Virus record (IMG/VR): IMGVR_UViG_3300032092_000112 | Span: 1-37,127 of that record | Length of the DNA stretch: 37,127 bases | Source of the DNA: a virus | Lineage: Duplodnaviria > Caudoviricetes | Direction: 5' to 3' (one strand) | Position numbers and translations under genes: made by a program | The notes under the pieces: generated by a model | What the model was told of the DNA's origin: nothing | The model's database searches: none | What the model saw: the letters and a program-made list of their open reading frames with translations, nothing else | Part shown: piece by piece, positions 31,953 through 37,127 of the stretch | Layout of the letters: every line of letters starts with the position of its first letter | Position numbering within the stretch: the stretch's first letter is position 1

Positions 31953-32158
31953 GGTGAGATGTGGTTAGTGGGTTGTTTAGAAACAAAATTTGCTCCGATG
32001 TGCTCGAGCACTTCGTCCCGATAGAATCGGTGGAGGCCGCCGAGCGTGCGGTAGCAACGCAGTTTCTCGGTGTGCCTGAGCCGATCGAAATACTTTTCGT
32101 CGAGACCAGTCAACTCGCTGGCCTGCTTCCGCGTGATGAGTATCGGGTATTCTTTCAT
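31949..32158 (-). CDS. MerR/excisionase-like (HTH_17, BldC-like) DNA-binding protein
   Basis: Start revised to MKEYPILITRKQASELTG; RCYRTLGGLHRFYRDEV wing motif. Confidence 0.75.
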   Translation of the reverse strand: MKEYPILITRKQASELTGLDEKYFDRLRHTEKLRCYRTLGGLHRFYRDEVLEHIGANFVSKQPTNHISP

Positions 32159-32159
32159 G

Positions 32160-33779
32160 TTAGTAGGAGCCGCCGCCGACCGCCTCGAAGCTGGTGTTGG
32201 TGTAGTGAGTTGGATCCATGACGGCCAGGTAGCGCAGGCAGTCGATGGGATCCTTGGTGGCGCCCTTGTCACCGTCAGCCCCGGTCCACTCGCGCATGGA
32301 AAAAATGAGATTCTGGCAGCGGTCGGAGATGAACAGCTTCGGCTCGTTGACCCGGTTGATCGGCATGTTGAGGTTGAACGCCAGCCAGTCGTTGATTAGT
32401 GTGACGCCCTCGTCCACGCGCATGCCCGCCGCCGGCTCAAAGAACATCGGATCTGGGTCGGAATCGAGCAGGTCCATGAGGCTGGTGCCGCCCTCCTTGC
32501 CCACCGCCTGAGTGCCACCGGCCCGCGGGTCAATGTACCGAGCAAACATCAATTCCTTCTGCTCAAGATCCTTGATGAGTTCTTTGTAGTCGTTGATGCC
32601 TCGACCGGCGCCGTTGCGTTGGCCGATCCCGAGCTTGCCGTCAGCCTTCTCGCTGGGCAGCGCCCACTCGCCGACATTGATGTCGGGCCACTCGCGGTAA
32701 ACAAAGCGCCGCCCCTCCTCGTCCACCCGCATCCAGAGCATGAACCAATTTCGCGATCCAGCCGGATCGACGACCATGTAGTTGGTGCCCTCCGTTGGAA
32801 TCTTCTCGTGCGCGACAATGTTGTGCTGGCCGAATTTCGGGAACTGCGAACCCTGCAAACTCTCGGCCCAGCCGTAGGCGCGGATCTTCAGCTCGTAGCT
32901 GCCGCGGCCATCGAGCGTGCTCTTCATCGTGTTCCAGTCCGAGTACGGATTCAGATCCGAATGAAACCAGATGCAGGCACCTCGCTTGCCGTGACATTTT
33001 GCGGTGTAGGGCATCGTGCCCTTGGGCAGACCCGGCACGTTGATCGTGTCGGGCAGCAGCTCGGCCTTCCGCGCAGTCAGGAACGTCGATCCCGCCACGA
33101 ATTCCTTCACGGTGGGCGAGTAGCCGGTGACCGGCGTGAACGTCAGCAGCAGCACCCCGTTGCGCGTGACCAGCCGGTAACGCAGCGTCTCGACCCAGTC
33201 GAGCGGCACCAGCTCGTCGCACCAGATCATATCACACTCGCCGCCCTCGATGACCTTCTTGTCCTGGGCGTAATTCATAAAAAAGCACTGAGACTTATTC
33301 GGCAACACGAACGTGTTTTCCGAGAACCCATTTTTCTGGGTGTAGGCCACGTTGGTGATCTTGGTTTTTCTGGCCAGCTTGTACTCGGGCGGCATGTACT
33401 TCCAGATCACACCCTGCTGCATCTGAATCGACGACATGTTCGTCGTGTGCAGGCACCACACCCGCGACTCGGGTCTGGCCACCAGCAAATTGATCGCCCG
33501 CTTGGCCGCGTACTCGGTCTTGCCCGCCCGGTTACCGCCGGATACCAGCAGCTCTCGGTGCTTCAGCAGCAGCTCGTCGGCGGTCTTCCAGTGCTTTGGC
33601 TCGTAGCCGTGCCGGTACGGATCCAGCCTTTCGGCCACGATCTTGTCCTCACGCAGTTGCAGCCGGCGTGCCGTCTCCTCGGCGCCGTGCTCGGACACCA
33701 TCCGCCGGATATCCTCAATGCTCGGCGAGTGGAGCACCGGGTGCGGGGCGGGAACGTAGCCTTTGAGCAGGTCGGCCAT
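32160..33779 (-). CDS. terL: Terminase large subunit
   Basis: Walker A SGGNRAGKT, Walker B IWCDE, coupling motif TFTP, nuclease VVDP and C-terminal KDPIDCLRY. Confidence 0.95.
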   Translation of the reverse strand: MADLLKGYVPAPHPVLHSPSIEDIRRMVSEHGAEETARRLQLREDKIVAERLDPYRHGYEPKHWKTADELLLKHRELLVSGGNRAGKTEYAAKRAINLLVARPESRVWCLHTTNMSSIQMQQGVIWKYMPPEYKLARKTKITNVAYTQKNGFSENTFVLPNKSQCFFMNYAQDKKVIEGGECDMIWCDELVPLDWVETLRYRLVTRNGVLLLTFTPVTGYSPTVKEFVAGSTFLTARKAELLPDTINVPGLPKGTMPYTAKCHGKRGACIWFHSDLNPYSDWNTMKSTLDGRGSYELKIRAYGWAESLQGSQFPKFGQHNIVAHEKIPTEGTNYMVVDPAGSRNWFMLWMRVDEEGRRFVYREWPDINVGEWALPSEKADGKLGIGQRNGAGRGINDYKELIKDLEQKELMFARYIDPRAGGTQAVGKEGGTSLMDLLDSDPDPMFFEPAAGMRVDEGVTLINDWLAFNLNMPINRVNEPKLFISDRCQNLIFSMREWTGADGDKGATKDPIDCLRYLAVMDPTHYTNTSFEAVGGGSY

Positions 33780-33780
33780 G

Positions 33781-34290
33781 TCACCACTTCCCAGGGAACC
33801 GCGGCTGGCGTGCAGCCATCAAAATGTTGTCGTACCTACGCACCGGAATCACCATGTGCGTCGCAAAATTGAGCGAATCCTTCACCCGGCAAATCATCTT
33901 CTTGCCCTCAAATTCCACATAAATCGCCTTCCGATTCCCGAACTTAGTGGCCACCACTTTCGCCTCGTCCGCCGTCCACCAAGCAGGCCGACCATGCTCC
34001 AAAATCAGCCCATTCTGCGGCAACCTCGGAATGTCCGCATCCGCATATCGGTGACCAGATCCCGCCTCCCGCGCCCGAATTTCCACCGGTACCGGTGCCA
34101 CCGCCTCTGGCTGCTGGCCCAGCAAAGCCTCGAACGCACTCACCCCAGCCGCCGTGTACCAGACCGCCCTTGGACTGCCCTCATAACCCCAGTGCAGATC
34201 CACGGTCAGCCGCTCCCGCAGTTTCTTAACCTCCACCCGGCTCAGGCCGACCTGGTTGGCCAGTTCTATTTCTCGAATTTGGTAGTTCAT
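33781..34290 (-). CDS. Hypothetical protein with an N-terminal HTH-like segment
   Basis: 169 aa, REIELANQVGLSRVEVKKLR; directly upstream of terL. Confidence 0.7.
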   Translation of the reverse strand: MNYQIREIELANQVGLSRVEVKKLRERLTVDLHWGYEGSPRAVWYTAAGVSAFEALLGQQPEAVAPVPVEIRAREAGSGHRYADADIPRLPQNGLILEHGRPAWWTADEAKVVATKFGNRKAIYVEFEGKKMICRVKDSLNFATHMVIPVRRYDNILMAARQPRFPGKW

Positions 34291-34369
34291 TTAATAGGTT
34301 TTGCAAGGGAGGCTCAAACTCCCATCCTCAGTATGGCCCCAGCGTCGTCACGCCAGCAGCACTGAAATG

Positions 34370-34993
34370 TTATTCTTTGACACCATTGCAAAAAGTATTC
34401 CGGTCCGCATTACGCCCCAACTCCGCGTGCCACGTCTGGTCCGGCATCACCCGGTACTCCTGCAACGTCGTCGGGTTGGGATGGACAAAACTGTCGTCCC
34501 GCCACAGGATCCGGTTGTTTGGTTGGGCGGCAATTTGGCCGCTTCCGTCGTCCAAGAGGAGCAGGTGGTAGCACTTGTGCTCCGGCGGGTACTGGCTGTA
34601 ACCATTGTCGGTGTGGTCAAGCGTGAACCAGTAACTCGCCGGCACCATGATGCCGTCCCTCGTCCGGTACTCGCAGGCCATCTCCCGCAGGTACTCATAG
34701 GCGGTGACGCTGAAATCCCAGCCGTGACAGTCCCAACTCTGCAACTCCGGCAACATGTGCCGCGGACCCCCTTCCACCGGCTCCGTATGCCGCAACTTGT
34801 GCAGCGGAATCCGCGCCCACTGGCTCCCAGCCTCCGTCATAATCGAGAAATGCAGCGCCCGCGACGGGATCGAGGTCACTCCAAAGATCACGCACTTGTC
34901 AAAGTCGTCGCCATCCTCCACCCGTCCACGCAAAATCCCCCCGTCAACCAGACCATAAAGGTGCTGCGGAATGCTGGAATTCATTGTAGCCAT
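34370..34993 (-). CDS. Conserved phage hypothetical protein
   Basis: 207 aa; N.SIP, FGVTSIPSRALHF, LQSWDC, Y.FTLD, EHKC and AAQPNNRILW motifs seen widely in aquatic phages. Confidence 0.8.
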   Translation of the reverse strand: MATMNSSIPQHLYGLVDGGILRGRVEDGDDFDKCVIFGVTSIPSRALHFSIMTEAGSQWARIPLHKLRHTEPVEGGPRHMLPELQSWDCHGWDFSVTAYEYLREMACEYRTRDGIMVPASYWFTLDHTDNGYSQYPPEHKCYHLLLLDDGSGQIAAQPNNRILWRDDSFVHPNPTTLQEYRVMPDQTWHAELGRNADRNTFCNGVKE

Positions 34994-35050
34994 TTTATAA
35001 AAAAAATTTCGGTGGTAGAACCCGTCGCAGTTGCGTCGCCGGCGGGCCGA

Positions 35051-35068
35051 CCCCCCCTCCCCCCCCCC
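35051..35068. repeat. Poly-C/poly-G tract (C7-T-C10), candidate packaging or terminus signal
   Basis: Homopolymer in the intergenic region just downstream of the putative TerS, near an A9/T run at about 34999-35009. Confidence 0.6.
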
Positions 35069-35122
35069 TGTTTTGGATGACGTACAATAACCATTATGTT
35101 TAATGTTTCCGGCTTCAGTTTC

Positions 35123-35677
35123 CTAAGTGGCGGACATCGAGTGGGTTACGTCGATAACGTCGGCTTCGGAACGCTTGGAATTGGCGAGCAATTCGTTAAC
35201 GGCTGCGGTGTCGATGGTTAGGCGATGCTCGACGACGGTTGTGGGCACATCGCCGTTCAAAAGTGCCTGTTTATCAATTAAGATTCCTAGTGCGACGGAT
35301 AACCCGGTCAGCTGTCCGAGTTTGATATCCTGATCTTCCATATTGTCTAAGCCACGTTCGATGGTGGAAGCAGCCTTGTTGGCCAGGCGTTGGAGGGCGC
35401 CGGACATGTGGGCCTTGAAGAGGGTGGGTTCGCGCTCGAGCAGGCGATCACGGATGGTGCGCACGGTGGAGTTGCTGGAGTGAGTATCGGCAGCAATTCT
35501 GGTGAGTGGAGCGCCCTTCTTGATCAGATCCTCGATCAGTTTTACCTTCTCGGGATCGACGTGGGTGGCCTTGAAGTTAGCTTGATTTGAACCCCTGGCG
35601 AGCTTTTGGCTGACGGTCATCAGAGACGTGTCGTCAACTCTACCAACATGTGCTTCGGTTATCATCGCTTCGCCCAT
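35123..35677 (-). CDS. Putative terminase small subunit
   Basis: N-terminal HTH (LIKKGAPLTRIAADTHSSNSTV), helical middle, LGILIDK..LL.G..T..VEH tail and position upstream of terL. Confidence 0.6.
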   Translation of the reverse strand: MGEAMITEAHVGRVDDTSLMTVSQKLARGSNQANFKATHVDPEKVKLIEDLIKKGAPLTRIAADTHSSNSTVRTIRDRLLEREPTLFKAHMSGALQRLANKAASTIERGLDNMEDQDIKLGQLTGLSVALGILIDKQALLNGDVPTTVVEHRLTIDTAAVNELLANSKRSEADVIDVTHSMSAT

Positions 35678-35967
35678 GTTCGACTTTTTAGCACAGGAGC
35701 GTTTCCGAACCTAGAGTTTATTTGTGGGCCAGAGTTCGTTGCTGCAATGGGGCTGGCACGCCATCCTGCGTGATTTGCGGGCCTTTCGACGCCGGTCTGG
35801 GTCAACACCGCGGAATCCAGATTTTTGGAATTTTTTTGAATTCAATCCAAACAATCCCTCGTGGTCGCTGATCCTCGCCGTCAGGCGAAGGAGCAACGCG
35901 ACCCTGTGCTTTAGTACAAGCAGCCCCCATGCATAGCCCCCAAAAGCATCCGTTCGTCACCCTATTA

Positions 35968-36336
35968 TCATCCTATTTTGTCATGCACGATCTTGGCGAG
36001 TGCGTTGTGCTGCTCAACCACCTGATTGAGTAGGGCTTGCATCTGCTTAATCTTGGCCAACGACTCGCGCACCTGGCGCTTGAGGTCGGCCATCTCGCCG
36101 GCAACCCTCATCCTGTTCTCATCCTCGGTCTCGAAAGGGACGTGCTCGGCGCCCTGCCAGATGCGGCCTCGGGTGGTGAAGACCAGGTGGCCCTTGTTGC
36201 GCAAGTAATGGAACGTGCGCTGGGCGGCTGACAGGTCGCCGCCGGTGACCTCGCAGATGTAAGCGAGCACGGCGCTGAGTGCCGGGTCACGGTCGTGCCG
36301 GCGAGGCTCCATGCGTCGGAAGATGTCGGCGGTCAT
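35968..36336 (-). CDS. Hypothetical protein (wHTH-like N-terminus, C-terminal coiled coil)
   Basis: 122-aa ORF with an ATGA overlap on the helicase stop. Confidence 0.7.
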   Translation of the reverse strand: MTADIFRRMEPRRHDRDPALSAVLAYICEVTGGDLSAAQRTFHYLRNKGHLVFTTRGRIWQGAEHVPFETEDENRMRVAGEMADLKRQVRESLAKIKQMQALLNQVVEQHNALAKIVHDKIG

Positions 36337-37127
36337 TTCCTGATAGTGGCTGGGATGGGCTTGAAGACCGTTGACGGCGCGTACTCCCAGCAGATGCCGG
36401 CGGTGGCGTGGCGCAGCCGGATGGAGTTGGCTGGGTTGCCCATGAGATCGACCATGCCCGAGCGCTTGCCGCGCTTGGTGAGCGTGAAGGTGAACGTCGG
36501 ATCGTCGCCCTGGCGTTGCAGCACACCGACCTCGCGTGACCAGTTCGTGAGATCTGCGGATCCGGCGCCGGCGTAGGCCAAGTCGCTGATGTTCCCCTTG
36601 GCCTGCTCACCTCGAGGTGGCTTGGGCATGTGGTGCAGCCAGATCCAAACTGCGCCGGTCTCCTGTAGCACCGGGTTGAGGTGGTTACGCAAGAACGTGG
36701 ACATGAATTTCTGCTCACTGATGTCGTCGCCGGCGTAGGATAGCAGCGGGTCGGCGATCAGGATGTCGGCTCGGTGGGAGACGATGATGGACCTGGCCAA
36801 CCGAATGAACTCGATGCCGGTCTTCACGGTCTCGTCGTAGAATCGGATGTTGGTGTTGAGCGTGGCGAGATCCTCACCGCTGAACCGCATGGCCTCGACG
36901 ACGCCGCGGAATGCCTCGGCCATGTCGCCGGTATCGTTCTCGGCCTGCACGAATGCGACGCGCAGGGGCCGAGTCGGTTTGATGCCAAAGAAGTGCCGCC
37001 CGAGTCCAAAGGTGAGACCGAGCTGCATGGCGAAGGATGACTTCCCGACGCCCGACTGGCCCACGATGGTGAGCGAGCCGCCGCGGCAGAGCCAACGCTT
37101 GCCCAGCACGTTGTTCGGGTCGTTCGC
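36333..37127 (-). CDS. RecA-fold (AAA_25/RepA-type) replicative helicase domain; 5' end lies beyond the right edge
   Basis: Walker A GQSGVGKS, QAEND, Walker B LIADP, HHMPK and GSADLTNWSR. The frame is open to base 37127 (ANDPNNVLGKRWL). Confidence 0.88.
   Translation of the reverse strand, partial: ANDPNNVLGKRWLCRGGSLTIVGQSGVGKSSFAMQLGLTFGLGRHFFGIKPTRPLRVAFVQAENDTGDMAEAFRGVVEAMRFSGEDLATLNTNIRFYDETVKTGIEFIRLARSIIVSHRADILIADPLLSYAGDDISEQKFMSTFLRNHLNPVLQETGAVWIWLHHMPKPPRGEQAKGNISDLAYAGAGSADLTNWSREVGVLQRQGDDPTFTFTLTKRGKRSGMVDLMGNPANSIRLRHATAGICWEYAPSTVFKPIPATIRK

Noticed and set aside
30165-33872. Long plus-strand ORFs (395 aa and 417 aa) and the other plus-strand ORFs in the track
   Set aside because: They are antisense shadows of portal, terminase and other GC3-biased genes, with no recognisable motifs.
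35711-35896. 61-aa minus-strand ORF in the gap before TerS
   Set aside because: It has a non-ATG start, no motif, and overlaps a hairpin and AT-rich tract that look non-coding.
1-37127. Stop-codon reassignment, tRNA genes, or an integrase/lysogeny module
   Set aside because: Genes are full length and tightly packed under the standard code with TAA, TAG and TGA all used as stops. No cloverleaf, integrase or repressor/cro divergent pair was recognised, though the short missing gap cannot be assessed.

Overview
This is a near-complete genome of a tailed dsDNA phage (Caudoviricetes) with short-tail/podovirus-type architecture, about 37 kb, with essentially every gene on the minus strand and tightly coupled by ATGA/TGATG overlaps. 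Read right to left, the order is: primase-helicase C-terminal part (AAA_25/RepA type), putative TerS, a poly-G site, TerL, an HTH gene, portal, scaffold, DUF5309/SU10-type major capsid, adaptor, two tail-fibre genes (one with an S74 chaperone), holin and small basic proteins, tail nozzle, three internal-virion/ejection proteins, metallophosphoesterase, signal-peptide lysozyme, RuvC-like, RecT-like, RecE-like, SSB, SF2 helicase, small early genes, and the primase N-terminal part (PriCT-like) running off the left edge. The replication gene appears split across the two window ends, so the genome is probably circularly permuted with a short gap. I see no DNA/RNA polymerase, integrase, tRNA or CRISPR. 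Two features stand out. (1) The 1071-aa ejection protein carries 37 five/six-residue units and 38 eleven-residue units in mirror-image register around a central turn, with matched tandem duplications (4x60 bp and about 4x132 bp). This suggests a fold-back strand/helix rod of about 63 nm. (2) The 1796-aa polyvalent ejection protein carries an HExxH motif, an HhH DNA-glycosylase-like cassette and an ADP-ribosyltransferase-like cassette, with the cassettes bounded by a repeated 12-14 bp junction encoding 'FMP'. All family assignments come from motif recognition by eye; no searches were run.
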